The translations under genes and the position numbers were made by a program. From positions 3,781-67,780 of the forward strand of contig CAZECR010000001.1 of the NCBI GenBank assembly GCA_964510495.1: DNA of 64,000 bases, read 5' to 3'. Position 1 is the first letter of the stretch. Every line of letters begins with the position of its first letter. Positions 1-9,101 of the stretch are shown here, piece by piece. The notes under the pieces were generated by a model that saw only the letters and a list, made by a program, of their open reading frames with translations, was not told where the DNA came from and ran no database searches. This DNA is from an uncultured Gammaproteobacteria bacterium. GTDB lineage: Bacteria > Patescibacteriota > Patescibacteriia > Magasanikbacterales > GWA2-37-8.

Positions 1-89
1 TTGAAAGTAATACCAATGTGATCTTCGAGTTTGGCAAAACTTTTTTCTTGAACTTCGGGTAGTTCAGCGACCGAGGGGATAGTGGACAT
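1..89 (-). CDS. rnc: Ribonuclease III, N-terminal part (runs off window start)
   Basis: Reverse complement reads MSTIPSVAELPEVQEKSFAKLEDHIGITF; LE..IGITF resembles the RNase III N-terminus; lies directly downstream of nusB. Confidence 0.65.
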   Translation of the reverse strand, partial: MSTIPSVAELPEVQEKSFAKLEDHIGITF

Positions 90-176
90 ACGCATAGGTA
101 TATACCGCATTTCGCGTAGCGCTAACTTTAAAAAAGTAAAAGCGATAGGCGGGAGGCGATACAATAAATAAAAAAA

Positions 177-635
177 TTAAACAGTCGGAGCGGGCGCTGC
201 AGGAGGAGTCGCGGGAGTTTCTTTTTGCAGATCGTTATACATGGATCCAAGCACGCCGTTGATAAATTTGCCACTCGAAGGGCCGCCATAACTTTTGGCA
301 ATTTCAATTGCTTCGTTGATGGCAACTTTCGGAGGAACGTCGCTCGAAAATTTCAGTTCGTAAATACCAATACGTAAAATATTCCTGTCAACGATTGTGA
401 TTTGACCAATAGGCCAGCTTGGGGCGTAGTGGGTGAGGATGGAATCGATTTCACTGCGGTGTTCAAGGACGCCATCGACCAATGTTTTGGCAAATGCCTG
501 TTCTTCAAGCCCCGGACCGAATTCCGTAAGGTTGTGGTCGACGATGGCGGGAACGGCAGCAGTTGGTTCACCACGAAAATCCCATTCAAACAGGGATTGC
601 ATTGCGATGGAGCGAGCGAGATGACGATTGGACAT
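177..635 (-). CDS. nusB: Transcription antitermination factor NusB
   Basis: [49 protein letters not shown] motifs. Confidence 0.97.
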   Translation of the reverse strand: MSNRHLARSIAMQSLFEWDFRGEPTAAVPAIVDHNLTEFGPGLEEQAFAKTLVDGVLEHRSEIDSILTHYAPSWPIGQITIVDRNILRIGIYELKFSSDVPPKVAINEAIEIAKSYGGPSSGKFINGVLGSMYNDLQKETPATPPAAPAPTV

Positions 636-718
636 AGAACGAGTGTCTAAATCCCTAATAGGCTACTGTCTAAGAATAAATGTTAGACAGTAGGAACTAG
701 GGTTTTCTCTAAAAATTT

Positions 719-928
719 TTATTTTTTAGCAGCTGCTTTTTTCGCAACCTTTTTGGTAACATTTACCACCTGGCGTCCTTTATACATGCCACAGTTAGTG
801 CAAGCGCGGTGCGGAAGAATCGGCTGTTGGCACTTAGGACATTTTTGGATCGTCATTTCGGTAAGCGCGAAATGAGCTGCGCGTTTGCGTTTGTCAGAGG
901 ATGTCCGACGATGACCGGGTAAACCCAT
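719..928 (-). CDS. rpmF: 50S ribosomal protein L32
   Basis: MGLP..RTS..KRKR, CPKC..ILPHRACTNCGMYKGRQV. Confidence 0.97.
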   Translation of the reverse strand: MGLPGHRRTSSDKRKRAAHFALTEMTIQKCPKCQQPILPHRACTNCGMYKGRQVVNVTKKVAKKAAAKK

Positions 929-1074
929 ACGGAGCTATTAGTAAGTAGATATTAGTAATTTGTACTAAAGTAGTATGACTATACACTAAATAAGCCAATT
1001 TGGCAAGAGAAAGGCTCTGAAGAGCCGAAATAATTGATTTTTAGCCTCTTCTCAGGTAGTATTGAGGAAATTAT

Positions 1075-2085
1075 ATGGAAATAGTGCTCGAAAACGATGC
1101 AAAGAACTGGAAAACTAACTCTTTTCCCCAAGCGTGGGAATGGGGTGACATTTTAATTACTGAAGGGAAGCTTGTAGAGCGCTTACGGGTTGTCGAAGGG
1201 GGTGTCACGCTCGCCCAGCTGCAGGTGGTATATAGTAGCCTGCCGTTTGGTTGGCAGTATGCTTTTTGCCCCAAAGGGCCAGTGTTCCCGGAAGGAACAA
1301 GGAACAAGCAACAAGGAACAAAAGTGCTTGAGGTGCTGGGTGCCTATTTGAAAAAAAAGAATTGTTTGTTTTTTAGGATAGAGCCGCAAGAAAGATCCGA
1401 GCTACAGGCTACAAGATACAAGCTGCAAACTTCGATTGACATTAATCCTCGCACTACTATAATTCTTGAGCTCGGCAAAACAGAAGAAAAACTGCTGGCT
1501 GCTATGCATCAAAAAACTCGGTATAATATTCGCTTGGCCGAAAAGAAAAATATACAAATAAGTTCAGAAAAAAACTACGAAACATTTATCGCTTTAATGA
1601 AAAAAACAGGGGAGCGCGACGGCTTTCGTTTGCATGAAGAAAAACATTATCGAGCGATTTTTGATTCGAAGCTTAGCTTGCAACTTACGGCGGTGTATGA
1701 AGAAAAAGATATTGCGACAGCAGTGTTTGTTGGTTCAGGAAATACTTTCACGTATCTCTATGGAGCATCTGATCACGAATATCGCTCGCTTATGGCGCCG
1801 TATTTACTCCAGTGGGAGGGGGTTAAACTTGGAAAAAAATTGGGGTATGAAAAATATGATTTTTTTGGGATTGCTCCGAGTTCGAAGGAACAAGGAACAA
1901 GGAACAAGGAACAATCGGATAATGATTATGCATATGATCCGAAGCATCAGTATGGTGGTGTCACTCGCTTCAAACTTGGTTTTGGGGGGAGTGTGCTTGA
2001 GCTGCCGGGTACATTTGACTTGATTCTTCAGCCGACGAAGTATAGGATATATCAGCTTCTGCGAAAGCTTCGCAGATTAATCTAA
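1075..2085 (+). CDS. FemABX-family peptidoglycan bridge peptidyltransferase
   Basis: FPQAWEWG, CPKGP, KTRYNIRLAEKK, YLYGAS, APYLLQWE, YDFFGI, GVTRFKLGFGG. Confidence 0.92.
   Translation: MEIVLENDAKNWKTNSFPQAWEWGDILITEGKLVERLRVVEGGVTLAQLQVVYSSLPFGWQYAFCPKGPVFPEGTRNKQQGTKVLEVLGAYLKKKNCLFFRIEPQERSELQATRYKLQTSIDINPRTTIILELGKTEEKLLAAMHQKTRYNIRLAEKKNIQISSEKNYETFIALMKKTGERDGFRLHEEKHYRAIFDSKLSLQLTAVYEEKDIATAVFVGSGNTFTYLYGASDHEYRSLMAPYLLQWEGVKLGKKLGYEKYDFFGIAPSSKEQGTRNKEQSDNDYAYDPKHQYGGVTRFKLGFGGSVLELPGTFDLILQPTKYRIYQLLRKLRRLI
1292..1319 (+). repeat. Heptamer tandem repeat (AAGGAAC)x4, one mismatch, inside the FemABX gene
   Basis: aaggaac aaggaac aagcaac aaggaac. Confidence 0.85.
1401..1428 (+). repeat. 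Degenerate heptamer repeat (GCTACAA)x4 inside the FemABX gene
   Basis: gctacag gctacaa gatacaa gctgcaa. Confidence 0.7.
1885..1912 (+). repeat. Perfect heptamer tandem repeat (AAGGAAC)x4 inside the FemABX gene
   Basis: aaggaac x4. Confidence 0.9.
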
Positions 2086-2091
2086 AAAAAT

Positions 2092-2163
2092 GTTCTCGTC
2101 GTTTAATGGATAGGACACTAGCCTCCGAAGCTGGTAATGCGCGTTCGATTCGCGCCGAGAACA
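2092..2163 (+). tRNA. tRNA-Arg(CCG), CCA not encoded
   Basis: Acceptor stem GTTCTCG/CGAGAAC, anticodon arm ctagc-CTCCGAA-gctgg, T-arm gcgcg-TTCGATT-cgcgc. Confidence 0.95.
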
Positions 2164-2279
2164 CGCGTAAGACAGGTCTAAGGCCTGTTTTTAATTTTTG
2201 TTTAAAAGGGTTGACAGATGAACGCAACTATGTCAGTATTTTTTTTACACAAAACCAGCAGAAGCTGGAAGGAGGAACC

Positions 2280-3164
2280 GTGAAACGTTTGTTGATGATG
2301 TTGACTGTGCTTTTCGCGCTCGGCGCTGTGCCTGCAGTGGCACAGACACCGCCGCCGGGTGCAGGGAGGTCGATCCTACTTCCCCCGAATGCGCCGACCA
2401 CTTCACCGGCTTGTCCGACGTGTACCGAGCAGGGGCGCACGGGCGTGCTCGAGGTGGGTAGGCGCTGGGAGGTACGCAGATCTGATTCGGCCAGAAAGGC
2501 GTATCGCGCCACATTCGGTCGGACCGTTTTCAACGATCCGACCCGGCCCGGGGCGTTAGTGCCGACAGCCCGGTGCAGTACCTGTGGGAACCTTCACCAG
2601 ATGCCCGGTGTCAAGGAGTTCAAAAAGGCACTGTCAGGTGATCAGCTTCGCGAACAGCAGCGTGTAGCCGCCGACAGGGCGGCAGAGGCAGGCGTAGGCC
2701 GTGATGGCCCTGCGTCTCAGGGCGGTCGCGTCCAAGCAGCCGACCCTCAACGAAACGCCTTCCGCCAGCGGGTTGCTGCAACGCGCGACCCGGCTCCGCC
2801 ACGCCTGCTTCTCGCTCCGCCCCCGGGTGGAGGTGGTGGTCAGGGTGGAAGCAGCAGCGGGCTCCTTGGTGGAGGCCCGAGCGCTGGCAGCGGAAACAAC
2901 CAGGGTAACGATGGCACGAGCCAGCGACGAGCCCTGGTTGCCTACCCCGGCTGCCTCGGCGATTTTGGAGGACCGGGTAGAAGATCCTGCACCGGCGCCG
3001 AAGCGCTGAGCCGGGCAGCGGCGCCGCTCACCGTTGGCGCTGCCGTGGTGGGTAGTCTTGCGACAGGTGGCACTGCACCCGCAGGCGCTCTTCTCCTGCG
3101 GGCGGCTGGCCAGCGCGCTGTCCAAGCCGGCGCCGTACTCGCCCCCGCGCTCGCCGGTCGCTAA
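2280..3164 (+). CDS. GC-rich secreted protein (signal peptide, two CxxC, Pro/Gly linker, hydrophobic C-terminal domain shared with 3480..4319)
   Basis: GGAGG-aacc-GTG start; VKRLLMMLTVLFALGAVPAVA signal peptide; TTGACA at 2211. Confidence 0.8.
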   Translation: MKRLLMMLTVLFALGAVPAVAQTPPPGAGRSILLPPNAPTTSPACPTCTEQGRTGVLEVGRRWEVRRSDSARKAYRATFGRTVFNDPTRPGALVPTARCSTCGNLHQMPGVKEFKKALSGDQLREQQRVAADRAAEAGVGRDGPASQGGRVQAADPQRNAFRQRVAATRDPAPPRLLLAPPPGGGGGQGGSSSGLLGGGPSAGSGNNQGNDGTSQRRALVAYPGCLGDFGGPGRRSCTGAEALSRAAAPLTVGAAVVGSLATGGTAPAGALLLRAAGQRAVQAGAVLAPALAGR

Positions 3165-3217
3165 CACGACCATCAGCAACTAACTTTTGTTCTTTACCAG
3201 CGGCCCTCTACAATTAT

Positions 3218-3289
3218 CTCCCCAAGGTCGCCCTATTCTGTATTCAAGTGTCTTGAAACTAGAGTAGGGAGGGATTTGACTTTGGGGAG
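3218..3289 (+). repeat. Long structured 3' hairpin, copy 1
   Basis: ctccccaaggtc/gactttggggag, ccctattct/agagtaggg and ttcaag/cttgaa nested stems; homologous to 4367..4437. Confidence 0.8.
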
Positions 3290-3335
3290 CGTAATGAGTT
3301 TATGGATTGCTTTGCTGAAAAAATACTACTTAATT

Positions 3336-3366
3336 AGCCCGGTATCTATCGGGCTTTTTATTTTTT
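3336..3366 (+). terminator. Intrinsic terminator
   Basis: agcccg-gtatctat-cgggct followed by a T tract. Confidence 0.75.
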
Positions 3367-3479
3367 AAAATAGTGATTTAAGGTGCTTATAGTGTACATA
3401 GTGTTGACTTTTCTGTCTGGAGCTGCTAGCCTTGCTGCACAATTTTAACTCACTCGGTTCTGAGTGAGAGGTGGAAGAC

Positions 3480-4319
3480 ATGAAAAACATGTACATTGTT
3501 AGCGTGTTGCTGTTTTTGACGGCAATAGCCAACGCTCAGCCAAGGCCCAGGCTTGATCCAACCGCCGTTGATCGAGGTAGAATCAGGCTTGAGGGTCAAC
3601 GGCAGTTTCAGGCTGATACGGTAAAACAAGCAAGGAGGTTCGGCGAGTGGCAAGCGAAGATCGCCGATAAATATCCTGGCCAGCCTTTGCTCACACCGCG
3701 CGAATTACAGGTCGAGTCTCGTAAAGCGGCAAAACAGGATATTAGGGCACAAAAGTTACAGACTGCTAAGGCAAAGGGGTATGTGCCAGAGCTTTCGGAA
3801 ACGGATCAACTGGTGCGAGCTCTGGGTAAGATCCCTGAGGTCAGCGAGGTCTTTGATGAAGAGTTGTTGAGAGCAAAAGGTAAGCGCAAGCTTAAGACGA
3901 CTTTTCACCGGGACAGTCTCACACCTCTTCCTGTTCCTGCTGGCCGCCCTATCCTTCCACAGCTTGGTAGCTCGCCCCCTCCGTCGCGCCCTCTGGTGGC
4001 AACTCCTCTTCTGGGAGGACGTCCAGCGGTGGCTCCAAGTGCCCCCAACCTGGGTACCACGGATACTCGTCCTCGCGTGGGACCGTTCGTTTCCTACCCC
4101 AACTGCCTCGGCGACAGCGGCAATCCGCTCCGCAGATCCTGCGGCGCCGGTGAAGCGCTACGGAGGGCAGCAGCCCCGCTCACACTCGGTGCGGCTGTCG
4201 TGTCTGGTGTTGCTCCGGCAACAGCTGCCGGAGTTGGAACCGGAGTTCTGCTGCGAGCAGCTGGCCAGCGTGCTGCCCAAGCCGCACCCGCACTTGCTCC
4301 ACTGCTGGGAAGCCAGTAG
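3480..4319 (+). CDS. GC-rich secreted protein sharing its C-terminal domain with 2280..3164
   Basis: GAGG upstream of ATG 3480 (alternative GTG 3471); MKNMYIVSVLLFLTAIANA signal peptide; YPNCLGD..RRSC..EAL.RAAAPLT.GAAVV. Confidence 0.8.
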   Translation: MKNMYIVSVLLFLTAIANAQPRPRLDPTAVDRGRIRLEGQRQFQADTVKQARRFGEWQAKIADKYPGQPLLTPRELQVESRKAAKQDIRAQKLQTAKAKGYVPELSETDQLVRALGKIPEVSEVFDEELLRAKGKRKLKTTFHRDSLTPLPVPAGRPILPQLGSSPPPSRPLVATPLLGGRPAVAPSAPNLGTTDTRPRVGPFVSYPNCLGDSGNPLRRSCGAGEALRRAAAPLTLGAAVVSGVAPATAAGVGTGVLLRAAGQRAAQAAPALAPLLGSQ

Positions 4320-4366
4320 GCTCGGAAATAAATAGTCCTTGTCATTGGGTGGCCTACACTATTTAT

Positions 4367-4437
4367 CTCCTCAAGGTCGCCCTATTCTGTATTCAATTTT
4401 TTTGAAGATAGAATAGGGAGGGACTGACTTTGAGGAG
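4367..4437 (+). repeat. Long structured 3' hairpin, copy 2
   Basis: ctcctcaaggtc/gactttgaggag, ccctattct/agaataggg, ttcaa/ttgaa. Confidence 0.8.
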
Positions 4438-4444
4438 AAAAAAT

Positions 4445-4476
4445 AAAAAACATCTCAGCAATCCGAGATGTTTTTT
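4445..4476 (+). terminator. Intrinsic (bidirectional) terminator
   Basis: aaaaaacatctc-agcaatcc-gagatgtttttt. Confidence 0.75.
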
Positions 4477-4542
4477 AAAAGATTTTTATTATACTCGTCT
4501 TGACAGAAGATCTTTTTTAATCTAGTAGTACCCTATAGGAGG

Positions 4543-5124
4543 ATGGAAATGCAAAGCGAAGCTCAGGTTGACGCAGTAGTCACCACAAAGAAAACGTCTC
4601 AAAGACGTTTGCGAAAAGTAGAAAAACAAGGACAAGAATTTCGCAAACTATCGCGCCTTCCTCAAGGCGTCTTCTGTTCTGACTACCGGGGTCGCGAAGC
4701 GTGTTTTAAAGCGCTGCGTGATCAAACAAAGAAGCCTGCTGGCCTCGTGTACGTGGTTATGGGAACCGGTGCCGAGAATGCTTCGGTGGTGATCTGGAAT
4801 CACCGTGGTCTGCGATTGCTCGGTCAGTGGTCACTCAAAAGCAGCACGGCCAAAGGTGTGCTGTTCGAGGTGCTCCCTGCTTACACCCGGAACTGGAAGC
4901 TGGCTTGGATAAGCTACAACAAAGAGAAAGTTGTGAGTGGCTATTCAGTTGCTACAGCCGGTGGCATCAAGCGCTACTACCCGCTCAGCAGCGAGCAAAC
5001 TGGCGAAGTGGTGTCCGACAGCTGGATAGGGCTCAAGCCTGATAGAGCCCCCGGGTTCTGGGACGTCGAACGTGTGCTCCGGCCTTTTCGTCGCAGTTTT
5101 CCTCGCCCGCTCACCCCCGCCTAA
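4543..5124 (+). CDS. Hypothetical protein, SD-led, moderately GC-rich
   Basis: 193-aa ORF; TTGACA at 4500; AGGAGG just upstream (ATG 4549 is better spaced); pyrimidine tract after the stop. Confidence 0.7.
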   Translation: MEMQSEAQVDAVVTTKKTSQRRLRKVEKQGQEFRKLSRLPQGVFCSDYRGREACFKALRDQTKKPAGLVYVVMGTGAENASVVIWNHRGLRLLGQWSLKSSTAKGVLFEVLPAYTRNWKLAWISYNKEKVVSGYSVATAGGIKRYYPLSSEQTGEVVSDSWIGLKPDRAPGFWDVERVLRPFRRSFPRPLTPA

Positions 5125-5163
5125 TTCACCCCCCCCGCCTTCCTTCCTTCTTCTCCTTTCCTA

Positions 5164-5203
5164 AAAAAAATCACCCCGGTATTTTCGGGGTGATTTTATT
5201 TTT
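5164..5203. terminator. Bidirectional terminator between 4543..5124 and gyrA
   Basis: aaaatcaccccg-gtatttt-cggggtgatttt. Confidence 0.8.
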
Positions 5204-7669
5204 TTAAATTAATGTTACACTCACGACTTTATCATCTTCTTCTTTGAATCGCATGAGGCGAACTCCTTGTGTGGCACGTCCGCTCGACGGAATTGATTTA
5301 AACGGCATGCGAATGACTTGGCCTTTGGCGGACATCATGACGATATCGCGTTCATCAGCTTTGGCTGTATCGATGGCGCTGCCATGAATGACGAAGCCGG
5401 TTTTTTCACTGACTTTGGCGGTCTTAATACCACTGCCACCACGACCCTGTACTTTATAGCTCGCAATTTCAGTGAGCTTACCGAGTCCATTTTCACCGAT
5501 CGTCAAAAATTCAATACTTTTATTTTTAGGGTCAACCGTATCCATGCCAATAACTTCGTCGTTACCGTGGAGGCGGATACCGCGCACACCGCTTGCAGTG
5601 CGACCCATGGAGCGGGCATCGCTTTCTTTGAAACGAATAGCCTGACCCTCTTTGGTAGCGATCATGATGTCGTCAGAGCCGCTCGACGGGCGAACCCATT
5701 CCATGCTGTCGTCGAGACGAAGTTTGAGCGCGATAAGACCGTTGCGGCGAACATTGGCATAATCTTCAAGAGCGGTCTTTTTAATAAGCCCTTTTCTGGT
5801 TACCATAACCAAATATTTGAGGTCAGTCAGGTCGGTCATCGAAAGCATGGTGCTTACTTTTTCATTTGGCGCAAGCTGCAAGAAGTTAACCATGGCCTGG
5901 CCTTTGGCGGTGCGACTGCCCTGAGGTATTTCGTAGGCAGACAATTGGAAGACGCGGCCACGGTTAGTGAAGAAGAGAATATTGTCGTGGGTATTGGTAG
6001 TGAGAAGCTGCTCAACGGATTCTTCTTCTTTAGTGGTTACACCGATAACACCCTTACCGCCGCGAGATTGTTGGCGGAAGGTATCAGGAGGTAAGCGTTT
6101 GATATAGCCATCGGTCGTGGTCATGATGATGGTTGGCTCATTAGGAATGAGGTCTTCAACTGTGAAGTCTTTGATTCCATGAGCGATAATCTGGGTGCGG
6201 CGTTCCTCACCATATTTTGCTTTAATTTCTTCAGTTTCAGTTTTAACAATACCCAAGATTTTAGCTTCCGAAGCAAGGATTGCTTCGAGCTCTTTGATGA
6301 TCGCTTTTTTCTCGGCTAACTCGTCTTCAACTTTTTGGCGTTCCAGGTTAGCGAGCTGTTGCAAACGCATTTCCAAAATGGCTGTTGCCTGGCGGTCGCT
6401 AAATTTAAATTTGTCCATCAGTTCAACTTTTGCTTCGTCTTTGTCTTTGGAAGCGCGAATTGTTTTGATAACAAGATCAATTTTATCAAGCGCGATTTTG
6501 AGACCTTCCAAAATATGGGCGCGCTCTTTGTTTTTATTCAAGTCAAATTCCGTGCGAGCGCGAATAACGACGCGGCGGTGCTTGATAAACTCTTCGAGAA
6601 CATTTTTAATGTTGAGGACGCGTGGTTGAATACCGTCAACCAGCGCGAGCATATTTACGTGAAACGTGGTCTGAAGCGCAGTTAGTTTGAATAATTGGTT
6701 GAGAATTTTTTTCGGGTAAGAATCTTTTTTGAGATCAACCACCACACGAACACCGTCTTTGTTGGATTCGTCGCGCAGGTCCTTAATGCCTTCGATTTTT
6801 TTCTCTTGTACCAGTGTTGCAATTTTTTCGATCATTTCGGCTTTGTTGACCTGGTAGGGGACTTCGGTGACAATGATCTGGAATTGTCCGGCTTTAGTTT
6901 CTTTAATATCAGCTTTTGCACGCATCACAATACCGCCGCGGCCTGTAACATAGGCCGAAAGAATGTCTTTTTTGTTATAAATAATACCGCCAGTTGGAAA
7001 GTCCGGTCCTTTGATGACCTCGGCTAAGTCTTCGACAGTAGCTTCTGGATTTTCAATCAGTTTAATAACACCGTCACAAAGTTCGTTCAGGTTGTGGGGT
7101 GGAATACTGGTCGCCATACCAACAGCGATGCCCATCGTACCATTGAGGAGCAGGTTCGGAATTTTGGTTGGTAAAACGGTTGGCTCAATATGCGAACCGT
7201 CGTAGTTTGGAATAAATCGAACTGTTTCTTTTTCAATATCAAGCAGCATTTCTTCGGCTGCAGCCGTAAGCTTCGCTTCGGTATAACGCATAGCAGCCGC
7301 TGCGTCGCCGTCCATGGAGCCAAAGTTTCCTTGGCCGTTCACCAATTGATGGCGCATGGAAAAATCCTGAGCCATACGGACGAGTGAGTCGTAGATGGCG
7401 CTGTCACCGTGAGGGTGGTACTTGGCCATCACCTCACCGACTACATTGGCGGATTTACGATACTTCGCGTTATGGCGTAAACCAATTTTCCACATGGCGT
7501 AGAGAATACGGCGGTGTACAGGTTTAAGTCCGTCGCGAACGTCGGGGAGGGCGCGCGAAACGATAACGCTCATGGCGTATTCGAGGTACGACTGTTTAAT
7601 TTCGTCAACGATAGCAGCGGGCGTGATCTTGCCGGCTTCCTGGACAATCAATTTGGGTTGCTGGGACAT
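5204..7669 (-). CDS. gyrA: DNA gyrase subunit A
   Basis: [33 protein letters not shown] active site, GyrA box QSRGGKG, C-terminal pinwheel repeats. Confidence 0.99.
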   Translation of the reverse strand: MSQQPKLIVQEAGKITPAAIVDEIKQSYLEYAMSVIVSRALPDVRDGLKPVHRRILYAMWKIGLRHNAKYRKSANVVGEVMAKYHPHGDSAIYDSLVRMAQDFSMRHQLVNGQGNFGSMDGDAAAAMRYTEAKLTAAAEEMLLDIEKETVRFIPNYDGSHIEPTVLPTKIPNLLLNGTMGIAVGMATSIPPHNLNELCDGVIKLIENPEATVEDLAEVIKGPDFPTGGIIYNKKDILSAYVTGRGGIVMRAKADIKETKAGQFQIIVTEVPYQVNKAEMIEKIATLVQEKKIEGIKDLRDESNKDGVRVVVDLKKDSYPKKILNQLFKLTALQTTFHVNMLALVDGIQPRVLNIKNVLEEFIKHRRVVIRARTEFDLNKNKERAHILEGLKIALDKIDLVIKTIRASKDKDEAKVELMDKFKFSDRQATAILEMRLQQLANLERQKVEDELAEKKAIIKELEAILASEAKILGIVKTETEEIKAKYGEERRTQIIAHGIKDFTVEDLIPNEPTIIMTTTDGYIKRLPPDTFRQQSRGGKGVIGVTTKEEESVEQLLTTNTHDNILFFTNRGRVFQLSAYEIPQGSRTAKGQAMVNFLQLAPNEKVSTMLSMTDLTDLKYLVMVTRKGLIKKTALEDYANVRRNGLIALKLRLDDSMEWVRPSSGSDDIMIATKEGQAIRFKESDARSMGRTASGVRGIRLHGNDEVIGMDTVDPKNKSIEFLTIGENGLGKLTEIASYKVQGRGGSGIKTAKVSEKTGFVIHGSAIDTAKADERDIVMMSAKGQVIRMPFKSIPSSGRATQGVRLMRFKEEDDKVVSVTLI

Positions 7670-7688
7670 ACGGGGTACTATTCAATAG

Positions 7689-8204
7689 CTAATGTTTGGT
7701 AGTAGTAGAGTTTGGTGTTGTTGGGGTTGAGCTGGCAGTGGTAGTGCTGTTTGAGTTTGCAACAATCAGCGCAAGCGCTTCTTTAATTTTTTCCTGGGGT
7801 GATGGTGTGCTCGTTGTTTGATTTCTGGGAGCAAAAGCGTTCTGCCAGTTTTTTTGATTTGCCTCAATGAGTTCTTGCTCCGGTGATCCGGTCCAACGGA
7901 ACGAACTGATCTGAAGTTTGAGCGACCAGCCCCATAGTACACCAATGATGATCATAAACGAAATGACGCCCACCCAGAGGTAGCGCTTAGCGCTCCGGTT
8001 ATGGGCAACAAAACGTTCATAGGATCGAATCTCCTCCGGAGTCGCTTTTTCAGATTCAAAGGATGCTTGCTGGGCAGTTTGTTTTTTAGGTTCTTTAAAG
8101 TTTGCCTCATTAAAAACCAGGCTCGGCATTGGTTTTGCTGCGCTTTTACGCATGGAGCGTTTTGGTTTGGCAGCAGTTTCAGAAATAATTTTTTTTCGTG
8201 GCAT
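7689..8204 (-). CDS. Hypothetical single-pass membrane protein
   Basis: Basic N-terminus, TM segment YLWVGVISFMIIIGVLWGW, Thr-rich tail. Confidence 0.75.
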   Translation of the reverse strand: MPRKKIISETAAKPKRSMRKSAAKPMPSLVFNEANFKEPKKQTAQQASFESEKATPEEIRSYERFVAHNRSAKRYLWVGVISFMIIIGVLWGWSLKLQISSFRWTGSPEQELIEANQKNWQNAFAPRNQTTSTPSPQEKIKEALALIVANSNSTTTASSTPTTPNSTTTKH

Positions 8205-8302
8205 ACGAATGAGCGCATGAGGCGGGCTCAAGGAGAAAAAGAAACACGGGTGTATCCGTTGCTTCTTGAGCCCCCTTACTGTACGTTCCCGTTTGGTGCG
8301 TA

Positions 8303-8920
8303 TTAAATATTTTTTTCCAAGACCATGAGTTGCATATCTTCTTGAGGTAGGTCCTTGGCTTTGAGAATAACTTTCTTATCGGTTACCGCTGCTTTGAGTC
8401 CGCTCGCCTTAATAAAATCTTCCACGGGTTTTACCTCAGGGTCGCTGTCGGAGGCGTACCCCATAGGGATAACAACACGAGGTTCAAGTTCGTTAATAAC
8501 TTCCGCTGCCGCGCTTGGGGAAAGATATTTTTTTTCACCACCAACGCCAAGGGCAAGGATATCAATTTTACCCAGTTTTTCAACCAGATCAGCTGAAAGC
8601 TGTTCTTGAATGGCGCCAAGGTGCACGAGCGACATGCCTTCGGCAGTAACTTTAAAAATAACGGTCTCGTTTGGGCCGGGCCAGGCACTAATAAGGACGC
8701 CTTTGATGTCGAATTCGCCAAGGGTGCTGATGATAAAAGGGTCTTGCGAGAGGGTGGCGCTATTGTCTTCGCGGTGCGAGTACAGGGCGACGCTGGGGCT
8801 AAAACTACGAGGAAAATCACCCTTTTCAGGTTTGTACGGATCAAAGAGAATAACGACGTCTTCATCCATTTGTTTGGTCTGTAATTTAAGACAGGTTTGA
8901 CCGAGCCAGGAGAGGTGCAT
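8303..8920 (-). CDS. MBL-fold metallo-hydrolase-like protein (degenerate metal motif)
   Basis: MHLSWLGQTCLKL, DPY, SHRED, LVHLG, LEPRVVIPMGY. Confidence 0.85.
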   Translation of the reverse strand: MHLSWLGQTCLKLQTKQMDEDVVILFDPYKPEKGDFPRSFSPSVALYSHREDNSATLSQDPFIISTLGEFDIKGVLISAWPGPNETVIFKVTAEGMSLVHLGAIQEQLSADLVEKLGKIDILALGVGGEKKYLSPSAAAEVINELEPRVVIPMGYASDSDPEVKPVEDFIKASGLKAAVTDKKVILKAKDLPQEDMQLMVLEKNI

Positions 8921-9101
8921 ACAGTAAATGTGGTTAAAGAGTGCGGTTATTCTAGCATACCGTTTCAGGTGCCGCAAGCCTTGACAGCGAAGCAAAACAG
9001 TGTTACTTTACGTCTATACATATAAGTACTTGAAGCAGCTCCATTTTAGCGAGCAGCACTCGACTTAGGCCTAGCCAAGCGGGATAAACAGTATTTTTTT
9101 T

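Noticed and set aside
2106-2279. N-terminal extension of the 352-aa ORF
   Set aside because: Overlaps tRNA-Arg and its terminator; the SD and signal peptide point to GTG 2280.
3158-3305. Integron attC sites / cassette array
   Set aside because: No consistent RYYYAAC...GTTRRRY ends in both copies, no IntI, and the genes have their own promoters.
3218-4437. CRISPR array
   Set aside because: Only two long copies 1.1 kb apart, no repeat-spacer periodicity, no cas genes in the window.
2092-5200. Integrative element at tRNA-Arg
   Set aside because: No integrase and no duplicated tRNA 3' end (att) visible.
5318-6094. 258-aa plus-strand ORF
   Set aside because: Antisense shadow of gyrA.
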